In this document: positions 43,067-54,100 of the stretch, in pieces
Position numbering within the stretch: the first letter of the stretch is position 1
How the letters are laid out: every line of letters starts with the position of its first letter
Source: Microcoleus sp.
GTDB taxonomy: Bacteria > Cyanobacteriota > Cyanobacteriia > Cyanobacteriales > Microcoleaceae
DNA length: 64,000 nt
NCBI GenBank assembly: GCA_052279835.1
Contig: CP181291.1
Span: 2,880,001 to 2,944,000, forward strand
Direction of reading: 5' to 3'
Translations under genes and position numbers: made by a program
The notes under the pieces: generated by a model
Told to the model about the DNA's origin: nothing
Seen by the model: only the letters and a program-made list of their open reading frames with translations
Databases searched by the model: none

Positions 43067-43208
43067 AACCGCAGAGAGCGCAGAGAACACAGAGAGGAAG
43101 AGGAAGAGATGACACTACCAAGTTCTCGGCGATAAGTTTTCTATCATTTGGGAACTTATCTATTTCTTCTCTATTTCTGCTCTGCGCCCTCTGTGGCCTC
43201 TGTGGTTT
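43067..43208. repeat. Inverted pair of 9-bp-periodic CACAGAG-type repeats
   Basis: AACCGCAGAGAGCGCAGAGAACACAGAG ... CTCTGCGCCCTCTGTGGCCTCTGTGGTT. Confidence 0.65.
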
Positions 43209-43328
43209 AATAAAAAAAAATCTAGTTCACAAATCGATGGATAATTGCCCTATCCATCCTGTACTTGGTGGGTGCAATCCCGATAGCGGGTAAAATGGCT
43301 GAATAGTATTAGTATCAAAACTGTAACA

Positions 43329-46300
43329 GTGGTAGAACAAATGATTGCGGAATCGTTGGTGAATTTAGAGGCTGCTCAAACTTATTTCCAAAAGGCAAAT
43401 CGGCTGAAAGGCACAGGTAGGCTTGATGAGGCGATCGCACATTATCATAAATCTCTAGAGTTCAATGGGGAAGATGCAGAAGTTTACAAAACCTTGGCGG
43501 AAGTTTATGCTTTGCAAGGGGAATTTGAAAAGGCGATCGACTCCTGCCATCTCGCCGTTAAATTTAACCCTAGTTTTGCTCCCGCTTACTTGACAATGGG
43601 CAATGCTTTACATAGTCAAAACAAGCTGGAAATGGCAATTCAAGCTTATTTACAAGCCTTAAAAATTCAGCCAGAATTTGCAGAAGCCAGCGCTAATTTG
43701 GGCAGTATGTATTACAAACTAGGACAATTATCTGAGGCTGAAAAATCTTACCAAACAGCTATTGCTATTAATCCAGATTTGTGTTCAGTACGTTTGATGC
43801 TTGGTAGCGTTCTCCATTATCAAGGCAAGTTAGATGCCGCCATTGCTTGTTATCAAAAAGTCCTGGAAATGCAACCTGAAGATGCAAGCACAGCAGAGAA
43901 AATATCCGATTTACTTAAACAAAAACAGCAGGAAAACACCCCTAGCAAGTTTCTGGAATTAGAACCAGAATCTGACCCACAACAACGGGTAACTGTCAAC
44001 AAAGACGAAGGCTATGGTTTACAGCCTTCTAGTATCAATTTGCCGCCATCAGAAACTAATAAAAATTTAAATACTTCCTTCACAAATTCAACGGAAGTTT
44101 CCGAACAAGTTTCTCAATTGAATGTTCCCAGTAATGAGGAAATTGCCAATTTTAAAGAAGTTGAAGGCTACAAAAATCTGGCAGAAGATTGTTTGGTAAA
44201 AGGTAAGGTTACTGAAGCGATCGCAGCGTGTCATTTGGCTATCAAAACTAGACCTGATTATATTCATGCTTACGTCACTTTAGGCAATGCTCTGCAAGCT
44301 ATAGGCAAACTTGAAGCAGCAATTCGCTCCTATTCTCAAGCCTTAGAATTGCGACCAAATTTTGCTGAAGTTCGCGCTAATATCGGCAGTATGTATTTTA
44401 AAATGGATCGCTTGGAAGAGGCGATCGCCCATTATGAAGCCGCCATTGTCCTCAGTCCCAATTTAGCGGGCGCTCACTGGAATTTAGGTAAAGTATATCA
44501 CAAATATGGCAACATCGAAGCCGCGATCGCCTGTTTTCAGAGAACATCCGAACTGAATCCCCAGCTAGTCGGTGCAGACTTCCACTTTAACTTAGCTAAC
44601 CGACTTTTAACTCAAGGCAAGCGCGATGAAGCTATTGAAAGCTATTTAAAGGCGATCGCCATTAAACCAGATTGGGCAGAAGCCTATGCTAACATCGGCA
44701 GTGCGCGATCGCAACAAGGCAATATCGATGCAGCCATCACTTATTATCAGAAAGCTGTAGAATTAAAGCCAGAATTAGAAGTTTTGCACTCCAACCTTGC
44801 CAATTCATTTTTGCAGCAAGGAAAGTACGAATTAGCAGTTACCAGTTATCAAAATGCCCTCAAAATAAAGCCAGACTGGGCAGATGTTCACGCCAATTTA
44901 GGCAACGCTTTATCTATGTTAGGCAAACTGGAAGAAGCCCAAGCCAGCTATCAAGAAGCCCTGGTATTCAAACCAAATTGGGCAGAAGTTTACTGTCGGA
45001 TGGGACACATTCAAAAGCAGGATAAGCCCCTAGAGGCGATCGCCAATTTTGAAAAGGCGATCGAATTCAACCCCAAATTCAGCGAAGCCCACCAACAATT
45101 GTGCGACTTACTAAGCCATTCCACCAACCTAGCAGGAGCTCGCAGAGTCGCAGACAACTACTGCGAAAACTGTGGCGAACAAGTACCAGTCATGTCAGCC
45201 ACCGCTTACGTTTTCTCCTATCTGCAATCAGGGGTAAGCCAACAGGCAATTCAGAAACTAGAAGAAATCGAAGCACTCTCCTACGAAAAAATCGAAACCT
45301 TTACCAATATCGAACTAAAACTGCTCTACGAAATCTTCTTGTTTGCAGTCTCTCACCTGCGAGATAATCGCGAGAAAAATGCCAGCTTTTACCGATTGGT
45401 TGCCAAGGAATACTACAAAAAAGTCCTTCCTCCACGGCAATCAATCGACAGAATCAAACCAGTCAATTACCAAACAAACCAAAAACCTTTAAGAATCGGC
45501 TTCCTCTCAAAACACTTCCGTCGTCACTCCGTCGGCTGGTGCAGCGAAGCTTTAATTCGGGAATTAAGCCGCATCACTCCCCACGTTCACCTCTACGTCA
45601 CCGGCAAACTTAACAAAGATGAAGTAACCCAGCGATTTGAAGACATGGCGGGCAAATTTTATTGGCCCAAAAAGTATCCAAATGGTTTTGCAGATGGTGG
45701 TGAAATTCTCGCCGAAGTGCGGCAAGACGATTTGGATGTATTAATCGATTTAGACTCGATGACAGTACCAACAAATGTAGAAGTGTTACACCAGTATCCC
45801 GCTGGCATCTGTGTTTCTTGGCTAGGATTTGATGCACCTTATATCTCAGACAATCACTATTTTCTGTGCGACGAACACACTCACCCCGCCGGTGTTGAAA
45901 AACATTACTTAGAACAGTTAGTGAGATTGCCTAGTTGTTCCGTAGCAATTGGGGCATTAGAAAGCATTTCAGTGAATCGAGAAGCGATTAGAACTTCCCT
46001 CGGTATTGGGTTAGATCAAATGACTTATCTCTGCGTGGCACCAGGGAGAAAAACTAATCCTGAAATGGTGCGCGCTCAAGTTAAAATACTCAAAGAAGTT
46101 CCTGATAGTTTGCTAATCCGTAAAGGTCAAGGCGATCCTGAAGTGATTCACAGCACTTACCGCGAAGAATGCGATATTCAAGGAGTAGATTTTACTCGGA
46201 TTAAGTTTGTGGGGCAAACCAAAACGGAAGAAGAACACCGCGCCATTTATTATGTGGCTGACGTGCTTTTAGATTCCTATCCTTATAATGGTGGTACTCA

Positions 46301-46595
46301 TAATTTGGAGGCTTTGTGGGCGAATTTGCCAGTGGTAACTAGATCCGGCGATCAATATCTTTCGCGGATGGGTTATGCTTTTCTCAAAAGTGCAAATCTG
46401 GATGTGGGTGCGGCTTGGAGTTGGGAAGAATACACGCAGTGGGGAGTTAAGTTTGGGCGAGATGCTAGTTTCCGAAATGCGGTGAAAGAACACTTGATTA
46501 AATCTAAACAGCCAGAAAATCTTGCACCTTTGTGGAATCCTCAAAAGTTGGCAAGGGAAATGTATGAAGTGTTTCAACAACTGTTAACTAAATAA
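43329..46595 (+). CDS. TPR-repeat protein with C-terminal GT41 (OGT/SPINDLY-like) domain
   Basis: Two blocks of TPRs; LRIGFLSKHFRRHSVG; LDSYPYNGGT..EALWANLPVVT. Confidence 0.9.
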   Translation: MVEQMIAESLVNLEAAQTYFQKANRLKGTGRLDEAIAHYHKSLEFNGEDAEVYKTLAEVYALQGEFEKAIDSCHLAVKFNPSFAPAYLTMGNALHSQNKLEMAIQAYLQALKIQPEFAEASANLGSMYYKLGQLSEAEKSYQTAIAINPDLCSVRLMLGSVLHYQGKLDAAIACYQKVLEMQPEDASTAEKISDLLKQKQQENTPSKFLELEPESDPQQRVTVNKDEGYGLQPSSINLPPSETNKNLNTSFTNSTEVSEQVSQLNVPSNEEIANFKEVEGYKNLAEDCLVKGKVTEAIAACHLAIKTRPDYIHAYVTLGNALQAIGKLEAAIRSYSQALELRPNFAEVRANIGSMYFKMDRLEEAIAHYEAAIVLSPNLAGAHWNLGKVYHKYGNIEAAIACFQRTSELNPQLVGADFHFNLANRLLTQGKRDEAIESYLKAIAIKPDWAEAYANIGSARSQQGNIDAAITYYQKAVELKPELEVLHSNLANSFLQQGKYELAVTSYQNALKIKPDWADVHANLGNALSMLGKLEEAQASYQEALVFKPNWAEVYCRMGHIQKQDKPLEAIANFEKAIEFNPKFSEAHQQLCDLLSHSTNLAGARRVADNYCENCGEQVPVMSATAYVFSYLQSGVSQQAIQKLEEIEALSYEKIETFTNIELKLLYEIFLFAVSHLRDNREKNASFYRLVAKEYYKKVLPPRQSIDRIKPVNYQTNQKPLRIGFLSKHFRRHSVGWCSEALIRELSRITPHVHLYVTGKLNKDEVTQRFEDMAGKFYWPKKYPNGFADGGEILAEVRQDDLDVLIDLDSMTVPTNVEVLHQYPAGICVSWLGFDAPYISDNHYFLCDEHTHPAGVEKHYLEQLVRLPSCSVAIGALESISVNREAIRTSLGIGLDQMTYLCVAPGRKTNPEMVRAQVKILKEVPDSLLIRKGQGDPEVIHSTYREECDIQGVDFTRIKFVGQTKTEEEHRAIYYVADVLLDSYPYNGGTHNLEALWANLPVVTRSGDQYLSRMGYAFLKSANLDVGAAWSWEEYTQWGVKFGRDASFRNAVKEHLIKSKQPENLAPLWNPQKLAREMYEVFQQLLTK

Positions 46596-46682
46596 CTCAT
46601 ACTTGGTAGCGATAGCTTTAGTTAGCTTGGCAAGCTTTTAGCTAATCCATGACTAAAGTTATTGCTACAAACCACTTATGAA

Positions 46683-49600
46683 CTACTGATTAATCCCTAC
46701 TCGATCGCGCCCGCTAGACTTAGCTTGATAAAGCGCTTTATCCGCCGCTTCTATCAGCATTTTAGGTGAGTTTTGACCTTCGGAAATGCTCGCAACTCCC
46801 AAGCTCAGAGTCACGCAATCGCTGACAACGGACTTGATATGGGGAATAGCTAAAGCTTTAACACGGCTGCGGATTGCTTCAGCAACTGTCCGCGCCCTAA
46901 CCAGGTCTGTATTTGGCAAAATTACCCCAAATTCTTCGCCACCATATCTAGCAGGCAAATAAAGCTGTTCTGGAGATACTTCTGCACAAGTATCTCCGAT
47001 CGCCCGTGCCACTTGTTGCAAACAAGCATCCCCCGCTTGATGCCCGTAATTGTCGTTGTAAAGTTTAAAACAGTCAATGTCGCACATAATCAAAGATAGT
47101 GGCTGGGAACTACTACATTGCTCCCATTCTCTGTTCAAAACTTCGTCAAAGCGACGACGATTTCCTAGTTGAGTTAGACTGTCCAAATTCACCAAGCCAT
47201 CTAATCTTTGATTGGCTGCTGCTAACTGCTGGTAAAGTAAAGATTGTTCGATCGCGATCGCCAATTGAGTAGCCAACTGACTCAGTAAATCCACATCAAA
47301 CTGTTGCCACCTGCGAGGTCCAGAACAGTGGTGGGCGATTAGCAAACCCCACAATTTCGGTATATGACAAGAAGCGTTACCTTCCCTAGATTCTATACCC
47401 TGCTGTAGGATAGGTACTACCAAATTCGCCTTCACCTGACACTCCCTCAAAAAATTAACGTGACACTCATCCAAACCCGCAGCTTGAATATCCTCAATAG
47501 CTCGAATTCTGCCTTTCAAATACTGTCCGATATAAGAATTCGCAAAACAACAATCATCAAAAACCCTCCCCAAAAGTGGTATCCATTCTTCGCCAACCGA
47601 CTCCACCACTACATCTCCATTCCAATCAGGTCGAAAGCGGAAAACGATCGCTCGATCCGTTGCTAAAAACTCCCGCACTTCCGCTACCGTAGTATTGAGG
47701 ATATCTTGGAGGTCTAGGGAAGAACGGATGCGCGATTGAATCTGCGCGATTAGGCGTTCCCGTTCTACCTGCTGTCGCAGGGCGACTTGAGCTTGCTTGC
47801 TTTCTGTAATATCTCGACCTTCCGGTAATAGCAATACCACTTGACCAGTTTCATCGGTTACTGGTTTCAGAGAAAAATCTATAATAGCCGTCCGATTTGT
47901 ACCTTTAAATTCGACTTCATAGCGGACTAATTCACCTTTTGCCGAGCGAGAAATTGCTTGTTTTAACTGTTCTTGAATTTCCTGAAACCCTGCCCACCAA
48001 GGTCCTTGCCAAAATGGAAGATTAGCCACATCCCGCAGATTGATTCCTGCAAAATCTAGAGAAGTTTGGTTAGCTTCTAACAAAGTACCATCCGGTTTCA
48101 ACAGGCTCACAAATTGAAACGAAGAATCAAAAATTGCCCGAAAACGTCTTTGACTATCTCCCAACATTGCCGTCACCTTAGAGCGAGAGGTAATATCACG
48201 GAAGCGCCATACCCTGCCAATAATATTGTGTCCCACTCTAATAGGCTGAGTATAGCGTTCAAAAGTGCGACCATCCTTAAATTCTAAAATATCGCAGATT
48301 TCAGCTTCAGCATGGTTATAAATTTCTTGAATTCGGCAGATAAAAGCTTTAGGGTCTTTAACTTGTTGAGTGAGAAATGCCAAGCGCATCCTGCGATCCA
48401 TTGAGTTTTTAATTTCTTCGGTAATTCCCCACATTTTGACTAAGTTTTCATTAAAACTAATCATTTCTCCCGCTGTAGTGACCGCCAAAATACCATCGGC
48501 TGTTGCTTCCAAAGTCGCGTGCAAAATAGAACGCGACCTCTCTAATTCTGCTTCTAGTAATTTATTTTCCGTCAGGTCTCGCACGGCTTTAACCTGAAGT
48601 AATCGACCTTCATATAATACGAATTTGCTCCGCACTTCAGCAGGAAAAGTTGTCCCGTCTCGCTTGATAAAAACAGTTTCGCAGATTGTATTACTGGCTG
48701 CTGAAATCATTTGTGGTGCTTGTTTATAAGATTGTGGTGACAGCAGTTCCAACAAACTCATCCCCGCCATTTCCTGCGGTTTGTAACCGAATAACTCGGC
48801 AAAATTTTTGCTGACATTCAAAATCGTGTCGCGGTCGGCGACGGCAACTGCTTCAAAATAAGCTTCACATTCTAGCAGGTAATCAGTGGCGGTTTTGCGG
48901 TTGATTTTTTCCGGCAAACTCTCATTTTTTATTAGTTGTTGAAGCTGCATATTGGCTGAGTACAAAGCAGTCATAGCCTGCCTGTACATTCCCGTGCGTT
49001 TTTCTACTCTTTCTTTCAGTCGATCGCGCGATTCTCGCAGTCTTATTTCTACTTGCTTTAACTCTGTAATATCTACTGAAAAAACTATGACACCTGCTAC
49101 TTTACCTGCACTGTCGTGGTAAGGTATTTTGTCAGTGCGTACCCAGCATTTTTGACCGGAGACAGTGGGCAATTGGTGAATTTTGCCTAATCGGGGAACG
49201 CCGGAATTAATTACTTGTAAATCTTCTAAATAATATTGCTCTGCTTCGTCGGGATAGATTTCATAAAATGATTTACCTTCTAATTGCTCTGGAGGCAAAC
49301 CTCTAGATGCTGCTGCCACTTTGTTAATTCGCAGCAAATGGCTGTCGGTATCTTTGTACCAAATCATGGCTGGTATGGAATCCAGAATAATTTGCTGTTC
49401 TTGCTGCTGCTGTCGGATTTCTGCCTCTATTTGTTCTTTTTTAAATATTTTTTCGGTCAGTTTTTGATTGGCTTTAGTGAGTTCTGCTGTGCGTTTTTCT
49501 ACTCGTGCTTCTAGTTTTTCGTAAAAATCATTCAGCAAGTTTTGCTGCTGTTCCCGCCGCGTTAATTCGATTTTTGATCTTTCACTGATTGACAAACTTG

Positions 49601-50633
49601 TTGAGACAAAATCTGCTAATATTTTGGTAATATACTGTTCGTCTTCCGTCCACTCACTGTCACAAGCAGCGCGCTCAATATTGACAATTCCTACCATTTT
49701 ACCAGCCAACATAATTGGTACGTTTAATAGGGAAGTAATACCTCGAACGGAAAAATAAAGACCCGCTAATTCTCGCGTTCTGGGATCGTTGGTTGCAGCC
49801 ACGGCTGCGATCGTACTTTCGGACTTCAACGCTCGAAAATAAGCCGGACAGTCTGCTGCTGTGACAATTATTTGTACGAAATGGAGTTTGGTATTTTGTT
49901 CGTAAAGGTCCATACAGTGAAGCTGGGTGCGGTCTTCGCTGTACAGCCAAATGCTAGCCCGATCGCATTTTACAACATTCACAGCCGTTTCCGTGATTTC
50001 TCGGATAAATTCTTCTACATTTTTCCGTTCAGCAGCTTGACTTTTGGCTAATTTGGCGATTGCCTGAGTTTGATTTCGCCAAATTTGCTGAGCTTTTGCC
50101 TCTGGTGTTAGATATGTGGGTAATGTAATTTCTTCGCAAACTAGCAGTACGCTTGGCAGTTGGAAAGTTTCAAAGGAATTGTTACTATTTTTGACTATTT
50201 CCCAGCCTGGTTCCGACAAAGTTAATGCAGTTGCTTTTACCCAAATTTTCCTACCATCTTTGCAAGTCAAACTGCATTCCCAAGCCTTCCTTTTTTGGCG
50301 ATAGCCACTATCTTCTAGCTGCACAAATTCGGCAAATTCTGCGTGCAATTTACCTTGATTTTGGCTTTCAAATATGTTAAAAATTGAATGAGAAACTAAT
50401 TCCTGGGCCCTGTAACCCAGTCGAGATGCACCGAACTGATTGAGCGAAAATACTCTTCCCAAAGCGTCGAGAACGAAGTAAATTCCTGGAAAATTATCGT
50501 AAAGAGTACGATACCAATTGCGTTCAATTTCTCTACTGCACGAAATTTTAGCTGTTCCGAGTTCGTTCCCCGTGCAGATGGCATGAGAATTGTTTGTTTC
50601 TGGGTTAATTGAATGATTATTGTTAGCAAACAC
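46683..50633 (-). CDS. Multi-PAS/GAF diguanylate cyclase with a cyanobacteriochrome GAF domain
   Basis: Several PAS domains; GAF with DDCCF and ECHV; DSLTQLGNRR, RYGGEEF. Confidence 0.9.
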   Translation of the reverse strand: MFANNNHSINPETNNSHAICTGNELGTAKISCSREIERNWYRTLYDNFPGIYFVLDALGRVFSLNQFGASRLGYRAQELVSHSIFNIFESQNQGKLHAEFAEFVQLEDSGYRQKRKAWECSLTCKDGRKIWVKATALTLSEPGWEIVKNSNNSFETFQLPSVLLVCEEITLPTYLTPEAKAQQIWRNQTQAIAKLAKSQAAERKNVEEFIREITETAVNVVKCDRASIWLYSEDRTQLHCMDLYEQNTKLHFVQIIVTAADCPAYFRALKSESTIAAVAATNDPRTRELAGLYFSVRGITSLLNVPIMLAGKMVGIVNIERAACDSEWTEDEQYITKILADFVSTSLSISERSKIELTRREQQQNLLNDFYEKLEARVEKRTAELTKANQKLTEKIFKKEQIEAEIRQQQQEQQIILDSIPAMIWYKDTDSHLLRINKVAAASRGLPPEQLEGKSFYEIYPDEAEQYYLEDLQVINSGVPRLGKIHQLPTVSGQKCWVRTDKIPYHDSAGKVAGVIVFSVDITELKQVEIRLRESRDRLKERVEKRTGMYRQAMTALYSANMQLQQLIKNESLPEKINRKTATDYLLECEAYFEAVAVADRDTILNVSKNFAELFGYKPQEMAGMSLLELLSPQSYKQAPQMISAASNTICETVFIKRDGTTFPAEVRSKFVLYEGRLLQVKAVRDLTENKLLEAELERSRSILHATLEATADGILAVTTAGEMISFNENLVKMWGITEEIKNSMDRRMRLAFLTQQVKDPKAFICRIQEIYNHAEAEICDILEFKDGRTFERYTQPIRVGHNIIGRVWRFRDITSRSKVTAMLGDSQRRFRAIFDSSFQFVSLLKPDGTLLEANQTSLDFAGINLRDVANLPFWQGPWWAGFQEIQEQLKQAISRSAKGELVRYEVEFKGTNRTAIIDFSLKPVTDETGQVVLLLPEGRDITESKQAQVALRQQVERERLIAQIQSRIRSSLDLQDILNTTVAEVREFLATDRAIVFRFRPDWNGDVVVESVGEEWIPLLGRVFDDCCFANSYIGQYLKGRIRAIEDIQAAGLDECHVNFLRECQVKANLVVPILQQGIESREGNASCHIPKLWGLLIAHHCSGPRRWQQFDVDLLSQLATQLAIAIEQSLLYQQLAAANQRLDGLVNLDSLTQLGNRRRFDEVLNREWEQCSSSQPLSLIMCDIDCFKLYNDNYGHQAGDACLQQVARAIGDTCAEVSPEQLYLPARYGGEEFGVILPNTDLVRARTVAEAIRSRVKALAIPHIKSVVSDCVTLSLGVASISEGQNSPKMLIEAADKALYQAKSSGRDRVGINQ

Positions 50634-50822
50634 TTTTAAATTAACTCAATTGTAATTAAATTTACTTACTCTGGTTCAACTTTTTTATGAAACAAAGTCA
50701 AACCTATTTTTACAATAAAGCTGCTTAGCTGTAACAAATTTACAACTCTGTCCCTGGGGACGTTTGCGATTCCCAATCCCAGCTCTGTGTTAGTTTACGC
50801 TCATCAAAGGTTTTAAATATAT

Positions 50823-51155
50823 ATGATAACACTGAAATATCTATTGTTGGGATTAGCCTACCTGGGTTTTGGGTTAGGGTATGTACCGGGTTTACGGATG
50901 AACCGGGCTGCGATCGCTATTGTTGGGTCAGGTTTTATGGTGGCTTTAGGCGTAGTTAATCTCAAAACCGCCTGGGAGGCGATCGACCCAAGTACCATCG
51001 TTTTTTTACTCGGAATGATGATTATTAATTCTACCTTGGGAGCATCCGGCTTTTTTCAACTAGCATTAGAGTTGTTAACTCGCTTTACTCCTTCTCCTTA
51101 TGGAAAAACTGGCGATTTTCCAAGGGGATATTTGGAAACCCTTCCCATCCTCTGA
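50823..51155 (+). pseudogene. N-terminal fragment of an ArsB/CitMHS-type anion transporter
   Basis: PGLRMNRAAIA, IVFLLGMMII, SGFF; only about 94 family-like codons, then runs into the antisense of the mannosidase gene. Confidence 0.75.
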
Positions 51156-54100
51156 TTTCTCTGGTAAAGTTGTCGGTTGTTCTAACAAGTCCACTGACTG
51201 ACTAATCGCCAAACTCAAATCGCTCTCTAATTCTAACCGAGCCTCTTTACCCTGGGATTCATAACACCGTAAAATCCACAAGTTAGCATGGTCTTCCGAC
51301 TGTTTGAAAGCCATCAAAACTAAGTTGTCGGCTGATAAATCGAGGAATTTACCTACTGTCGGCAAAGTGCGGTGGTGATTTCCCTCTAACTTGGGAAATA
51401 CCTTGACTAAGAGTGGCAAATTCAATTCATATCCCTGTCGTACAGTACCAGCATCTTGCCAATTTCCGCGGTGAGGATAAACTCCACAAGTAAATTCATG
51501 AATGCCGATATCAGCTTGTTCATCTGGCCAAGTCGAACTCCTGAGTAATGTTAGACGAATTTGATTTGGTTGAAGGTCACAACCATATTTACAATCATTG
51601 AGTAAGCTAACTCCAAAATCGTCATTACTGATATCTGTCCACCGTAATATCGGCACTTCCCATTTGGCTTTTTCCGCCGCAGTCTGCGGTTTAGTTGTGC
51701 GCTCGATCGCACCTCCGGGAATTTCGCACGTTGCCAAATCTGCTTCTACATTTAACCCAAAGGCAGCTTTTACTAAAACGTGCTTTTCTTGCCAATCTAC
51801 CACTGTTTTAATTTTCAGCACTGGCGAACCAATTTCTACTATATAATCTTGGTAAAACTCCGATTTTCCAATTTGTCTAACTACACGCAAACTCTGCCTT
51901 ATTTCTCCCTGGGAGATCCAGGTAATATCTTTCAGTATCGGCGCTGCTAAGGGATATTTTGCATAATTTGGATCGATGTTCCAAGCGTCCCAATATTGAC
52001 CGCCATCTTGAAATGATTGCAGTTGATTGCCTCCAGATTCATTCAGGACTTCCCTATCATTTAGTTTATCCCAAATACTCGATAAATTTCCCGTTTCACT
52101 GTCTACTTTTACTCGAATAAATTCATTTTCTAGCAGCATGATTGGGGGGACAAAATCAGTTTCTTGACAAATACCCTCGTTTCGTGTCATCGTAGTTGTA
52201 ACATCACCTAACCATGTCTGATTGTAGTTTTCTGGTAAGGGCGACGAATTTTCCAGGGTTTCAGCAGCTTCGGGACAGAGCCAAAACACCCGGTAGCCGA
52301 CTGGGGGGAGATTATTCGCGAAAAATAACAGTGTAGATTGTGGTTGTGGTCGATCGCACTGTTGAATTTGCGTAGTCAGCCGTTGTCCTGACAAGTCGTA
52401 AATCGCCCAAGTGGTAGCAGCGGAATCGGGAAGGGGTAAAGAGACAACTTCCGAACGCGCCCAATTGAGGGAGTTAAAGATTAAAATCGGTTGAGCATCA
52501 GGTTGGGGTGGAGAAGGCAGAGAAATTTGAGTGGCGATCGCATCCAAAGATGTTAGCACCATTGCGCGACAAGTGCGATCGACCTCAGCCCATCCTAGAT
52601 TAGCATCAGCATAAACTTGGGCGATCGAAGAACCAGGCAAAATATCATGAAACTGGTTAAATAAAACTTTTTTCCAGGCTATTTCTAATTCAGACTTCGG
52701 ATAAATCGCACCCGCGCAAATCGTGGCGAGGGAAGACAGCAACTCAGCTTGGTAAAGCAATTCCTCACAGCGGCGGTTGTAACGCTTTTGATCCGCGTGA
52801 GTTGTGTAACAACCTCGGTGGAATTCCAGGTAAAGTTCATCTTTCCACAGAGGAAGAAGAGGAAGCCTCGAAACATCAGTTTGAGACTGGGAAATTTTAC
52901 CCAAGTTAGCAGATTCAGCCACAGCCGAATTACCAATTTCAGCCTGTTTCAAAATTGCCGGATTTTCCCCCATCGAAACATCGACTAGAAACTCGGAAAC
53001 TTTACCCAAATTAGCAGATTCAGCCGCCCTCGAATTACCAATTTCAGGCTGTTTCAAAATTGCCGGATTTTCCCCCATCGAAACATCGACTAGAAACTGG
53101 GAAGTTTTAGCCAAATTAGCAGATTCAACCGCAGCCGAATTGTCTCGCATCGAAACATCGACTAGAAACTCCGAAGTTTTAGCCAAATTAGCAGATTCAG
53201 CCGCAGACGAATTGTCTCGCATCGAAACATCAGCTTGAGACTGAGAAACTTTACCCAAATTAGCAGATTCAGCCGCAGCCGAATTGCCAATTTCAGCCTG
53301 TTTCAAAATTGCCGGATTTTCCCCCATCGAAACATCAGCTTGAGACTGAGAAGCTTTACCCAAATTAGCAGATTCAGCCGCAGACGAATTGTCTCGCATC
53401 GAAACATCAGCTTGAGACTGAGAAACTTTACCCAAATTAGCAGATTCAACCGCAGCCGAATTGCCACTTTCACCCTGTTTCAAAATTGCCGAATTGTCTC
53501 GCATCGAAACATCAGCTTGAGACTGGGAAACTTCCGGCGAAAACTGACTCTCAATCAACGCCAAATAATCCACAGCCTTCGCAAACTCCAACCTCGGAAA
53601 AAAAGGCGACAATTCCCAGCGTTTCGCAACCTCCAACATATCACGAGTCGGGCCGCCACCGTGGTCGCCAACTCCCGGTAGCCAAACAGCAGATTGCAAA
53701 CCCGTTTTAATTTGCCAATCAAAAAGATGATTCGCCATTTTCACAGATTCGATGTTTTCACCGATCGGACCCGACATCATGCTAAATATTTTAGTACCAT
53801 CCAAACCTTCCCACCAAAATGCACCATAGGGAAACTCAGTGGTATCATTCCAACGCAACTTTTGCGTCACAAAATAATCAACTCCACCATCGAGCAAAAT
53901 CTGAGGTAATTGCCATCCAAAACCAAAAGTATCCGGTAGCCAAACTACCCGCATTAACTCCCCGAACTTTTCCTGGGCGTAACGCTGTCCATAAACAACT
54001 TGTCTCACCATGGATTCAGCCGAAATCAAGTTTAAATCTGGTTCCACCCACATCCCACCAACAACTTCCCAAAGTCCAGCAACTACCTGTTTTTTAATCT

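Noticed and set aside
50652..50665. GTA-N8-TAC as an NtcA site
   Set aside because: Single match in AT-rich DNA only about 19 nt from the start codon, with no properly spaced -10; insufficient support
52869..53534. Mannosidase insert as a CRISPR array or intein
   Set aside because: No unique spacers, no intein terminal or endonuclease motifs; all units are in-frame coding repeats
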